A DNA stretch of 64,000 nt from Octopus sinensis (lineage: Eukaryota): assembly GCF_006345805.1 (NCBI RefSeq), contig NW_021835038.1, positions 1-64,000 on the forward strand, written 5' to 3'. The notes below the pieces were generated by a model. It was given only the letters and a program-made list of their open reading frames with translations. It searched no databases and had not been told where the DNA came from. Every line of letters begins with the position of its first letter. Within the stretch, counting starts at the first letter, position 1. Both the position numbers and the translations under genes were made by a program. Shown here piece after piece: positions 1-12,900 of this stretch.

Positions 1-705
1 TGTTCTAAATTCCACTGAAAGCACTTTCTTTCCACCTTCCTTTTCTCTCCTTTCTTCTCACCTCTCTCTCATTCACACACACTCTCTCTCACTCTCACTC
101 ACTCTCTCTCTCTCTCTTTCACCCTCTTTCTATGCAATAAAAAACAGAAGAACGCAGAAATTTAAGTACATGTACTGACGTATATGTACTTACAAGTGTT
201 CCTTTAAAATACCTTTTACACTGCGAACCTTTATATAAAAAAAAAAATAATAACAAACAAAAAACCCTGAATAGGATTAGATTAAAATACCTGAATGTGA
301 AATGGTAAACCTTGCCAGATGTTTATACTTGATTCTACGCATGCAGCTGGTGTATGTATGGCGTGTGGGACGTGAATATTGTATGGAGTGTATAACACGC
401 CGCTGCTGCTGCTGTTGTTGCTGTACCAATTCTGCTCCACGTTAGAATTGGTACAGAAGAACAGCAATCAAAGATCATACTGCATTTTTCTTTTCTTTTC
501 TGGAACAGTGTACCGAGGACTACATTATATAATAGGTCTTCTATATAAGAGAGTCAGTCGAATCTGGATGCGAAGGAGATTTGGGTGCTATTTCTAGCAA
601 GTCGAACAACCACGTAAGAGGTTCTGCTCGTTGGTCCTTAAAACGTGTGTATATGCCTGTACTTGCGTGTGTGTATGTATGTGTGTATGCATATGTATAT
701 GATGA

Positions 706-744
<39 letters not shown>

Positions 745-1685
745 AGCATTTGTGTGTGTGGGGGTATGTCTGTATGTGTGTGTCACTGTTTTGCTTTCCA
801 TTCGTCAACACAAACGAATAAACAGTAAGCACTATCGTACCTAGAGGGTGACGGATTGGCGTTCCACCCCGGGCGGCACTTCTATAGGGGCGGCAGCACT
901 TTTGGGACTGCTGTAGACAATATGTATTTTTCGTGGGAGGCCCCGGGGTGACAAACTAACGGGCCGCCACGGCCGCGAAATTCTTTTTCCACTGGAGTTC
1001 CGGACCCCAGTAATGAACTCATTTGCATACAGCCAATCAGAACTCACCTTGACCTTTTTGCCAAGTTAACAAACACACTCTACCAAGCAAGCGCAAGACG
1101 AAGAACGGTATTGTAAGTTGACCGATCGCCAAGTTATGCCTGGTTTTAGAAGGGGACAAGTTATTAGATAGATTTGCATCTATACCTATTATCGAATTCA
1201 GTTAGGGCCCCATATGGTAAAGGTGTGGATGGGGAAAATGTGGGTAGAGGGTGATGTGCTAGCAACCCTCTCCCCTTAATGTTTTACAAAGTAAACAACA
1301 ACACAAATAACTACGCAGAGGCAGCCATGGTTGAAACAAGAACAAGAACAACAAGCATTCTTAAAAGAGAAAAGAAGCATGGTCATTCCTTAACCAAGTG
1401 ACCTTATCTGATCACCCATCACTTGTTATGCGCTCATAAATTAGTTTGATAATTTGAGCTCTGATTGACTGTATACAAATGAGTTATAACTGGGGTCGGG
1501 AACTCTCGTAGGAAAAATAATGTTGCGCCCCAGACTGCACACACTCTGGTTACGCTAGTGATAGTAAGCCGAGTCAACGAGTTTTTGCGGCATAAGTTAC
1601 TCAGCGGAGTTCTAGGTAACTGATGTTAATCCACTCAAATGGCAAAAGTGAGTAATGACCGTAATTCACAGTCAGTCTTGCCACA

Positions 1686-1790
1686 TTTGGTGTATCACGC
1701 TGAATCTACCTGAGAACTACAGTACGTTAAAGGTACGCGTGTCTGTGGAGTGCTCAACCACTTGCATGTTAATTTCCAGTGACAAACCGT
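1686..1790 (+). repeat. ~100-bp segment homologous to the 3' half of the tRNA-SINE at 50946-51337
   Basis: tcacgctgaatctacctgagaact...acgttaaaggtacgcgtgtctgtggagtgctcaaccacttgcatgttaat aligns by eye (~85%) to 51185-51260. The upstream sequence does not match the SINE head. Confidence 0.75.
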
Positions 1791-1853
1791 TTCGAAAAAA
1801 GGAGAACAAGCAATAATAAATCATGTAGGTGGGAAATTTAGGGACATATATAC

Positions 1854-1886
<33 letters not shown>

Positions 1887-1961
1887 TATATAATATAGAT
1901 ATAGATATAATGTGTGTGTGTGTGTGTATATATATGTATACACACACACACACACACACGC

Positions 1962-1999
<38 letters not shown>

Positions 2000-2272
2000 A
2001 AAAAATACAAACCGGGACAAGAACGCAAAACATTTAGAAGACGATACAAAAGACACGGACGAGAATTCGAAGCCTTCAATCTTCAGTCAAGAACCGGATC
2101 ATCCACGCAATTTGGCTGGTTAATATATGTGTGTTATATTAGATATATATTTATTATATAATATAGATATATATATATATAATATTATATATATATATAT
2201 ACATATACATATATGTATATATATATATATATATAGATATATATATACATATATACATCTCTTATATATATG

Positions 2273-2303
<31 letters not shown>

Positions 2304-3007
2304 TATATTATATATATATATATACTATACATACATACAGACACACATACCCACATGCACATATACCATTCTTTATTCGTCAGTATAAGTGATTTGTATT
2401 TGTAATCGTTCTGGAATGGTATTTCGTGATGGCAGCTTGTCTTTAGACGCTTGCATTTATCAAGCATGAATTCCGTTCCGATGAATCTAGTTGTGTCGGG
2501 GGAAAGGGGCAGGATAAATAAAAATAAAAAAAAATGAAAACAATTTACACGACAATTGGCAGATTCAGCCAATGAGATCGAATTCTCAACACCAGAAAAT
2601 TATACAAGGCATCTGGAATAGAATAACCAATCATTAAAAAAAAGGAGAAAAGGAAAAAACGATTGAACTTGACGGTTAGTTGGTTCTTAAGAAATGGCGA
2701 AATGAGTTCTTAGTTTATTGCAATGAAAAATTCTTTATTATTTTTCTATTCTTTTCCTTCTGTTTCCTTTCTTTTTTTTCTTTTTTTTTTTTTTGTTAAA
2801 TGTGCTGAATTATGTTGGATAGCAGAAATGGTAGAAACGGAAGAGAAATTATTGGATATTCACATTAAGCTCCTTTAATGTTGTTGTATCTTGGGAGGGT
2901 CATGATGCCAACAATAAACACACGCATTGACCCTACACAAGATACAGCAACAACAACAACATCAGCAGCAACAACAACAACAACGACAACAACAACAACA
3001 AATAATA

Positions 3008-3039
<32 letters not shown>

Positions 3040-3158
3040 TAATAATAATTAATAATGATGATGATGATGATGATAATAATAATAATAATAAAATAATAAT
3101 AATAAAATAATAATAATGATGATGATGATGATGAAATAAAATAATAATAATAATAATA

Positions 3159-3199
<41 letters not shown>

Positions 3200-3301
3200 G
3201 TCTGTTTCAATATACGATTTCACATCAGAAGCTGCAAACCGAAAACGAAATATTCCTCTAATTTCTTCACTCACATGTGAATTGGCAAGCCTTGCAAAAT
3301 A

Positions 3302-3348
<47 letters not shown>

Positions 3349-3424
3349 CAACAACAACAATAATGATAACAACAACAACAATAATAATAATAATAACAAT
3401 AACAACAACAACAACAATAATGAT

Positions 3425-3457
<33 letters not shown>

Positions 3458-4193
3458 AATAATAATAATAATAATTGAAAGGTAAAAAACAAAATAAATT
3501 ATGTACGAACCATAAACTCGAATGAAATTAGTCAATTATTCATTCACATCTCTCTTACACACAAGCACTCATACATATGAACACTTATACATATCATACA
3601 TATACACACATCTACACACACATTAAACTGTTCATACGCACGAATACACACGCTCACACATACACATGCACACACACATTAAACTATTCAGTGACCCATA
3701 CAAACCCATACACATACGCTTGTATGCACACGCTCATACAAACACCCCACACATACACACACATACACACGCTCACATACAAACATTTATACACTTATAT
3801 ACACAAACTTGAAATTATTCATAGATATGTTATACACACATTTAACTGTTTATATACTCCATACAAACACATACACACATGCACTTACATACGCACCTTC
3901 ACACACATATTCACGCACATGCTCACTTATATACACACATACTTATATACATGCATATACACACATGAAATAAATCAACACATACACACAATACGATGTG
4001 TATATGATTTTGTCTTTAACGATAGCCAAGCTACATATATATACATACATACATACATACATACACACACATACACACACATACATACATACATGCATAC
4101 ATACATACATACATACATACATACATGCATGCATACATATATGCATACATACATACATACATACATACATACATACATACATACATACATACA

Positions 4194-4221
<28 letters not shown>

Positions 4222-4224
<3 letters not shown>

Positions 4225-4549
4225 GTAACACACTGCCTAAATACCAATCTTGAGAAATTAGGCTTCTCAAAACCAGAAATGAGAAATCTGATTCCAAGAC
4301 TAGAGATCTAATTCATCACTGGAACTGTAAAAATCTGTGAAACTTTTCAGAAGTTTATCATTTAAATATATATGAGCATGTTTAGACATGCAACTATATG
4401 CATGACAATACATACTTATACATACATACACACATACAAAAATATCCTGTTCATGATGTTGAAATTTCACTGAAGGAGTCTTGGGATCTTGGTTAGAAAA
4501 CGGCCTTTTCTCTATTGGCAAGGAATCTCGAAATAAAACTGAATAATGA
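4222..4549 (+). mobile_element. 3' end of an RLE-type (R4-like) non-LTR retrotransposon embedded in (TACA)n
   Basis: Translates YVTHCLNTNLEKLGFSKPEMRNLIPRLEI*FITGTVKICETFQKFII*, resembling the RLE C-terminus (L..LG......IQ...L.GT..I....L). Followed by a ~185-bp UTR. (ACAT)n on the left (4045-4221), atacatacacatac on the right. Confidence 0.55.
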
Positions 4550-4730
4550 CATACATACACATACGTTACGTAGTATACACTCACTAAAAAGTGTGTTATA
4601 AAAATAAATAGAATAGAAATGAAACTAAGAATAATTAGCTATGAAGTTAGCGCGATAACTACAGTATGTAAGCCGTAGTTTGGTACGATCTCTATTGGGA
4701 ATTTAAGCGAAACTGAGATAATAGAATGAT

Positions 4731-5231
4731 TACTCTTTTACTCTTTTTACTTGTTTCAGTCATTTGACTGCGGCTTTAGTCGAACAAATTGACTCATTCT
4801 TTGTAAGCCTAATGGATATTCTGTCGGTCTCTTTGGCCAACCGCTAAGTTACGGTGACGTAAACACACCAGCATCGGTTGACAAGCGATGTTGGGGAGAC
4901 AAGCACAGACGCACAAACAAACCACACACACACACACACACACACCACACACACACACACCACACAAACATACACACACATATATATATATATATATAAT
5001 ACATATATAAATATATATATATATACATATATATAACATATATAATATATATACATATATATACGACGGGCTTCTTTCAGTTCCCTCCTACCAAATCCAC
5101 TCACAAGGCTTTGGTCTGCCCGAGGCTATAGTAGAAGACGCTTGCCCCAAAGGTGCCACACGCAATGGGGATTGAACCCGGAACCATGTGGTTGGTAAGC
5201 AAGCTACTTACCACACAGCCACTCCTGCGCC
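4731..5231 (-). mobile_element. tRNA-derived SINE, family A (CORE-like body, internal TA/GT microsatellite)
   Basis: Minus strand starts ggcgcaggagtggctgtgtggtaag (A box), B-box-like gggttcaatccc, ggcacctttggg..caagcgtcttctact core, (AGTAAAAG)n-type tail. Confidence 0.9.
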
Positions 5232-5780
5232 TGGGAGATATTTAACTAAAATTTGTTTAAAATGCATTTCATTAAAGATTATCTGGGAAATAATATTGGC
5301 TCAGGCAAGAAAGAAAAGAAAATTTTATCGAGGAATTTTATCGAGGAATTAACCATATTTTTTAAAAAATGACCACAAATAGTTAAACTGCGTCGCTAAA
5401 TAATGAATAAAAAAAATAAGAAGGAAGAATTAAAAAGCTTACTGATATTTTCTAATCTGCTCTGGTCCTTGGGGGTTCTTCCACAACTAATTGCTCTAGG
5501 ACCCGGCTCTGGTCCTTGGGACAGTTCATTAATATTAGCGATGAAATATTAGCAGTGAAGGGCAATAAAGTCTGATTTATAATTAATATTAAGATTATTA
5601 AAGCTATTATAATTAAAGTTATTAATCTTTAGTAATAAATATATTTATTACTAATAATTAATTAATTAATTATTATTGTTGTTGTTGTTGGTCGTCTATC
5701 GACACGTCACTTCCGTAAATTTGTTGTTATTCATATTGATACACATTGTTATACATTTGTTATCGCTACATATTCTCTTA

Positions 5781-5960
5781 TTCTTTTATTTGTTTCAGTC
5801 ATTTGACTGCGGCCATGCTGGAGCACCACTTTTAGTTATCCTTTGTAAGCCTAGTACTTATTCTGTCGGTCTCTCTCGCCGAAACGCCAGGTTACGAGGA
5901 CGTAAACACACCAGCATCGGTTGTCAAGCGATGTTGGGGGGGGACAAACAAAGACACACA

Positions 5961-6000
<40 letters not shown>

Positions 6001-6152
6001 CATACATTATACGACAGGCTTCTTTCAGTTTTCCGTCTGCCAAATCCACTAACAAGGCTTTGGTCTGCCTGAGCTATAGTAGAAGACACTTGCCCAAGGT
6101 GCCACGCATTGGGACTGAACCCGGAACCATGTGGTTGGTAAGCAAGCTACTT
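5781..6152 (-). mobile_element. SINE family A, head slightly truncated
   Basis: Same consensus as 4731-5231 and 45201-45633. Confidence 0.9.
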
Positions 6153-6599
6153 TATTTTTTTATTTTTTTTTTAAATTGCCATAAAGACATGATACAGAGT
6201 AGGCTGGACAGAAACATTGATGAGATGAATGATGAAATAAAATTATATTAATGGGAGAACACAAAAAACGCCTGCCGATTTTTTGCTTCTCTAAAACATT
6301 TTTTCACCACAAAAAACAAACGAGGTATTGAACCGCTTACTTCCGTTTTTACAATTTTTGGACTTAATAGTCCATTTACAAATTGAGGCGTTGAGCCTCT
6401 TACACAATTAAACGTTATAACACTGAGGCTTTTCAACCTCTTGTCAATTTTCCTCCCCAATATCGCTTGTGCTCGTATACTCCGCTATTACCCACGCATC
6501 GTTTAAAACCAAGGCGGGCTCTGAGTCGGCGTTGCCTGGCCACAAGCGATATTCCTCTTTGAGTCCCTCCAGCCTACGTATCACGGGCAACGTTATGGC

Positions 6600-7885
6600 C
6601 TCCACAGCTATCTGCGGAGGCCATTCGGGTTCCGGTTGAAAGTTAAATGTATTCCCTTATAGTGTTTTTCCACCACCTTTTCTACCCCTCCACCTCTGGC
6701 GGCACAATTCCTGCCAACGGTGTCTCTTTCTCTGCCGGTGGCACAACCGACGAGGTTACAACTTCCTCTGTAGGTGGCATGATTCCCACCGAAGAGGCAC
6801 TGTCCCATTCTTTTTTCTCTTTTTCTTTTTTTATCTTTGGTGCGGGAGGGGTTGGCTCCGTCGCCATAACTGCAGGAACCTTGCTTCCTCCCACAACCTC
6901 GGGATCCCTCGGAGAACAATAATTGTTGATCCTCTTCTTCCTTTTTCTCCCCTTTTTTCGGGGGAGGTTACTCTCTCCTCCCGGAGGAAGAGGGGGTTCT
7001 TCCACAACTAATTGCTCCAGGACCCTGCTCTGGTCTTTGGGACAGTTCTTCTTAATGTGGCCAGGCTCCAGGCACTGATGACATTTGGTGGGGAGGGGGC
7101 GCCTCTCAAGAACCACCGGATACCTGGATCCGGCCATTCTAAAAAAATCTGGGAACACCAGATCATCAGCTGATTAGGTCCATAGGGTCAAAACTGCTTT
7201 TGACCCCAACCAATCAGCCGCAGGCATCATTTTAACATTCAAGAGCTTAGCTCCGCTTCCACCCAGACCCGTCGATTAGTGTCCTCTACCCACTCGGGCT
7301 CAATTCCGAGTGGCAGCCCACACACCCAAGCTCTTGTCAATTTCCTCCCACGATATGTGGGCAGAAACAGAATTTTCTCCCCTTTCAAGGGCTGGCTCGC
7401 AAAAATGCGAGCCTCCTCAGGGGTATCAAATAGCAACCACACTTGCATATTTGACACCCCTCGCAATAAACTTGATGGTTGGCAGGTATTCTGCGAACTC
7501 CTCAATATCTACTTGAGAGAACACAGTGATGGTGTCGAGGGACTTGGAATATGTCCTCAACACCACCGTTCTCTCATTAAGGTCCTTTACCCACTGCTTG
7601 GGGGGGAGGGGGGCAAAATTTCCCACTCCAAGACAGTGCTTTTTTATATTTTGCCATGCTTTGAAAAAAACAAAAAAAAAACACAGGAAAATGTTCAAAA
7701 AAAGTTCAAAATATTCAAATAAAAGTCCAAAGAAACACAAAGAAAGAACAGAAAGAGAAAGCAGAATAAAGAACGAAGACAGTTCCAGCACGGCAACACA
7801 ATTCCGCCACTTAGGTAAGCCGGGTCCACAGGTAATCCACAAATAATCCACAGGTAATCCTCCAGAATATTGCTTCACACAGGTC
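6600..7885 (-). mobile_element. Tx1/L1-type LINE 5' region with frameshifted ORF1 (gag-like zinc knuckle)
   Basis: ORF 6682-7158 has CHQCLEPGHIKKNC (CX2CX4HX4C) followed by a basic/Pro-rich tail. Upstream frames 7239-7505 and 7426-7878 give RRM-like segments (LLFDTPEEARIF, AWVCGLPLGIEPEWV). Confidence 0.7.
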
Positions 7886-7904
7886 TCCTGTTCACCGTAG
7901 CATA

Positions 7905-8272
7905 AAAAAAAAAAAATTCGTCCACGAATAGATCAAATTTTATAAATTCCCAGACTTCAAACCCCTTGATGCAGGGTGCAGTTGAGCGAGAGACCAACAA
8001 AACTCCTTGTAACACCAAAGATAAACTGAAGGCAAGGGTTATGGTAGCGCTCACCAACTTAAACAAGGAAACCACCCAGAAGAGTTGCAGGATATTCCAA
8101 AGTCATCTGGTGGCTGTGGCTCAAGTCAATGGTGATTTCATTGAATTAATTTACTCTTTAGTATTCCAAAATATTTTAATGTAATTTTGGTAGATATATC
8201 TGTTAAAATGAGATGTCAGTATTATTTACATTTTTGCGTAATCTAGACGACAGTTTATTTATTGCACCCTAT
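7905..8272 (+). mobile_element. Tc1/mariner-superfamily transposase C-terminus and right end
   Basis: NSQTSNPL/PD..PLD-like motif, then GAVERETNKTPCNTKDKLKARVMVALTNLNKETTQKSCRIFQSHLVAVAQVNGDFIE. Ends ...attgcaccctaTA (TIR-like). Confidence 0.8.
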
Positions 8273-9068
8273 AAATATTTTCTTTTTATTCTTTTTACAT
8301 GTTGACTCGGCCATTCTGGAGCACAGCCTTGAAGGGTTATTAGTCGAAGAAATTGACCCCAAGGCTTATTCTTTGTAAGCCAAGTACTTATTCTATCCAC
8401 CAAGTTACAGTGACATAAACACACCAGCATCAATTGTTAAGTGATGGCGAGGAACAAACACTGGCACACGCACACACACACACACACACACACCACACAC
8501 ACACACACACACACACCAAATATATTCATATATTCACAGAGGGAGCAGCCGTTTACACAGGAACGAGAAGGAGTAAACATTATGTCGATAAGTATTCTTT
8601 GTTAATTGTTTTACTAGATTTTTTTTACTAGTTTTATTCAATAAATCTATAACGAATATAGTAGTTTTTACTAAATCTTTTTAATACTATTAACTAAATA
8701 CTATTTTTAAATACTATTACATAAAATATGGTAATTCATACTTGTATAGATAGGGGTAAATCTTACACTAAATTATTAATTACCGTAATATTTATATAGA
8801 TAGGTTGTAGGATTTGATTTGTTTATAGTATAGTCGTTGAAGGTTTCATTAGGTTTAGAATTTTCTATATATATACCGGTATTGTAATTTTAGGTGTTCA
8901 ATTAAAAAAAATTTTTTAATTAAAATTTTTTTTAATTTAAAAAAAATATATTTGGAATTTATATATTTTTATTATATTTTTCTTCATATTTTTATTTTCC
9001 TATTTAATATGACTTATAATACGTATTTTTAATTTTGATCCATTAGTAATAATAACAATAAGATAAAT

Positions 9069-9149
9069 AGCCTGAGGACGCACTGGTGGAATTATGTATT
9101 AGGTATGGCGTAAAGAAACAGCCCACCAGTGCAGAAACACGTGTAAGCT
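9069..9149 (+). ncRNA. Type-I hammerhead ribozyme motif (near-canonical)
   Basis: agc-CTGAGGA(9072-78)-c-gcactggtgg(9080-89)...ccaccagtgc(9123-32)-a-GAAA-palindrome ACACGTGT(9137-44)-A-a-gct. Confidence 0.65.
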
Positions 9150-9268
9150 GACTAAAAATATCTTCTTTCCCCACAGACTAATAACAGGATAGTTATATAT
9201 ATTTGCTCAAATATTTTTTCAAATAATTTTATTTTATTTTATAGTAGGTTTTGTAAATACCTATATTA

Positions 9269-9322
<54 letters not shown>

Positions 9323-9372
9323 GTTATTATTATTATTATTATTTTATTATTATTATTATTATTATTATTGTT

Positions 9373-9425
<53 letters not shown>

Positions 9426-9569
9426 CATCATCATTATTATTATTATTATTATATTGGATATAACTTCTATGTGTATTCCATAGAATAAGGTTATCCTGAT
9501 ATAGGAGTTGTGTTTCTATTGGTAAAATTCCAAATTTGTAATAATTATATTCATATATATCTATATCTA

Positions 9570-9683
<114 letters not shown>

Positions 9684-9718
9684 CACACTCACACAGACAC
9701 ACACACACACACATATAT

Positions 9719-9870
9719 ACGGACGGGCTTTTCCAGTTCCCTCCTACCAAATTCACTCAAGGCTTTGGTCTGCCCGAGGCTAGAGTAGATACACTTGACC
9801 AAGGTGCCACGCAGTGGACTGAACTGGGAACCATATGGTTGGGAAGCAAGCTTCTTGCCATAACAGCCAC
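9719..9870 (-). mobile_element. SINE family A, 5' half
   Basis: Head and core match family A. Confidence 0.8.
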
Positions 9871-9885
9871 GATATATATATATAT

Positions 9886-9927
<42 letters not shown>

Positions 9928-9929
<2 letters not shown>

Positions 9930-12900
9930 GTAACCACGCTGAAAAGTTTCCCGACCAACCTTGCACGAATAAAAAATTAACTCAAACTTCAACACTACCC
10001 AACGGAAAGAGGTTAACTGAAAGGATGAGGAATTAACAATTAAAGAAGCCGATAAAGGGAGTGCGGTAGTAGTGATGGACACAGGCTACTACATAACCTA
10101 GTATTATCCATGCTGAATAATGAAGACTACTACGAAAAGATCGAAGACTACAATCCTCAAAGAATAATGACAAGTCTCTCGACATTAGTTCAACTACACG
10201 GAAAAGGCCTGACGCACAACGAAATAGACTACATAACTAATTTTAAATGTAAGGGCATACCGAAAATTCAAAAAATTCATGAAGCAATTAAAAAATCACG
10301 GAAGTCATACAAACATATACCAACACCAGGAGACCTTAAACTAAGGCTCATTATAGCCGGACCATCCTGCGAAACGCACCGACTGAGTTACTTAATTGAC
10401 ACCCTCTTGAAACTACTTCTAAAATACATTAAATGTTACATTAGAGATGATTTAGACATGTTAAACCACCTCTCAAAAAGAGTAAAGGAAAAACACTTAT
10501 GGTTTCCTTTGGTATTGTAAACCTGTAAACTAATATCTCCCCATAATTATGGATTAGAAGCAACTCAGTTCTGTCTGGAAAAATATCCAGAAGAAATACC
10601 AGAACATATTAGCAAAGAGATCATAACTGAATCATTAAAATTTATTCTCCAGCAAAATCACTTCATTTTTGACACCACTGTATACTGAATGAAATTTGGA
10701 GTTTCGATGGGAACCAACGCAGCCCCCGTTTTGAAAACCTGACAATGGGCTATTTGGAACTAATAGTATATCAGAGGTCACTCACAAAACTCGGAAATCC
10801 CCTTTCCCAGTACGTAAAGGAAAATTGGAAAAGATACTTGGATGACTGTTTCATTCTATGGAATGAGAACATGGCAAAACTTTTGGAATTCAAATGACTT
10901 CTCAATAGCATAAATACAAATATACAATTCGGAATGGAATACAACAAAAAGGAACTCCGTTTTCTAGAGACTCTAATAAAAAAAAAGTAATGGAACATAA
11001 CAAAAAGCAACTCACTTTTGTAGATATACTAATCAACAAAGCTAATTTTAAAAAATAGAAACCAACATATTTTACAAAATTGCGAACTCGAAGCAATACT
11101 CATTATTTAGCTCATGCCATCCGAGACATATTAAAATAAATATCCCATTCAATCTAGCGAGAAGAATCTGCACTATAGTGTCGGAAAAAGACACCAGAGA
11201 ACTCAGACTACAAGAACTTAAAAGCATATTCGTCGACAGACACTACCCAGCTTCGCGTATAGATGATGGGGTAAACATGCTAAAAGAATTGATATACAAC
11301 CACTAAGAGAGGTCAAACAAAAAAACACACCACTATAAAGATATTACTTTATATTTTCACATACAACCCCAGAAACAACGAAGCATATAGCACTATTATC
11401 CAAACCCTTCCAGTACTATATAAGGACCCTAAGCTGTATGAAATTCTACACACCCATAAAATTATTAAGTGTAACAAACAGCCAAATCCACTAAAGCGGA
11501 TACAAATGCAAAACTGTACTAAAAAATAACAGAAGCAAGAGTTAAAAAAAAGTGGGCAACCGAACAGTGGAACATGTCCCAACCTAATGGAAGGCTCAGA
11601 ATTCCGTTTTAAACAAGGACAAAAATTTAAAATTAAAACTGACTTCACTTGCGCCTCAGAAAATCTCATCTACGTCATATGTTCCGGCTACAGTAGTAAC
11701 TATATAGGTTCAACAGGAATGTCCCTAAGACGTACAGCTACACTACACAGACAACAAACTACCACCCCAATACCGTTAAACGCCACTCAGTGGTCATATA
11801 GACAGATGTGCTAAGGAACGCCAACCACAATTTACAACATTCCCACTATACCAATGCACGGAAAGGACCTCAACTCAACAACGACTAAATAAAGAGGCTA
11901 CATTCATTGAAAAATTCAAACCAGAACTTAACATAAATATATAATGGACTTCACAAATAAAACACCAACCGGAGATAAGAAAAGAAAGGATTTACCTCCC
12001 TTTAGCTAAGAAATATTATATCCACTGATTACCCCTTTAGCTAAAAAACATTATACTCACTAATCATTCCCCCTTTCTCTCTTCCTTTCTCTAATTCTTT
12101 TTTCTCCTCTTCGCCCCCTTTCGTTTTCTCTCCCTCATACTTTTTCTCTAATTCTTTTTTCTCTCCTTCACCGTTTTTATCTATTTGTCTCTTTCCCTCT
12201 TCCTCCTTTACCCTCTCTCTCTCTTTCTCGTTGCTAACACGTGACCATCGCCCATCTTTCCTTTCCTCACGTGATCATCTTTCTTTTCCTTCGGTCTGTT
12301 GCACAGCCCAGACACATTCTTATCTGTCACCTCTCGTATCTTTTCTTTTATCAAAGAATCTTCTTCCAGCGTTCGCTACCTTACCTCGTCTGACCTAACG
12401 GCCCTCCCAGTCAGTTTTCGTTTTGTTTGATTTGTCGTATGCCCTGTTTTTGTTACCAACTTCGACCCTCCGCAAATCCCAAATTTTATTTTGGTGCCCA
12501 GGAGCAACTGTTCCTTGAAGACATATATCGTCGTGAATTGTTCGAAATGTTAAACAGTCGACAACTGATAAATGGTTGTTCTTCATGTTACTTGTCTTGT
12601 TTTCCATTTGTTCCTCTCGTTGTTCGCATACCCAAGTTTGTCTTCGTGTTTCATATTGTTTACGTTTTGTGACGTCCTGCACCCATATATGCATATACAT
12701 ATATACATATAAAAGTATGTACATATATGTATGTATATATGCATATATATATATGTATGTATATATATACTGTTTATATCTCGCTCAGAGATTTATTATT
12801 GTTTTCGAACGGTTTTTCTACATCAGTGACTATGGTTACTGTGAAAATCCTTATATATGCAGCCTGTAGAGAGAGTCCCTCATCGAAGAACGGTGCTTAC

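Noticed and set aside
830-975. Possible hAT MITE (ggcggcac / gccccggggtgaca motifs)
   Set aside because: Termini too degenerate; no TIR or TSD could be shown.
2040-2090. CTGAAGA...GAAT...GTC on the minus strand as a hammerhead
   Set aside because: GAAA is absent and stem I does not pair.
3577-4311. Long ORFs rich in YIHT/MYVC/I/N/L/F-S (also 33352-34335, 37470-38273, 60955-61992 and others)
   Set aside because: They are translations of microsatellites lacking stops in some frames, with no domain content.
5629-5654. 26-bp perfect AT palindrome
   Set aside because: Almost all A/T in a very AT-rich, simple-repeat context, so plausibly chance.
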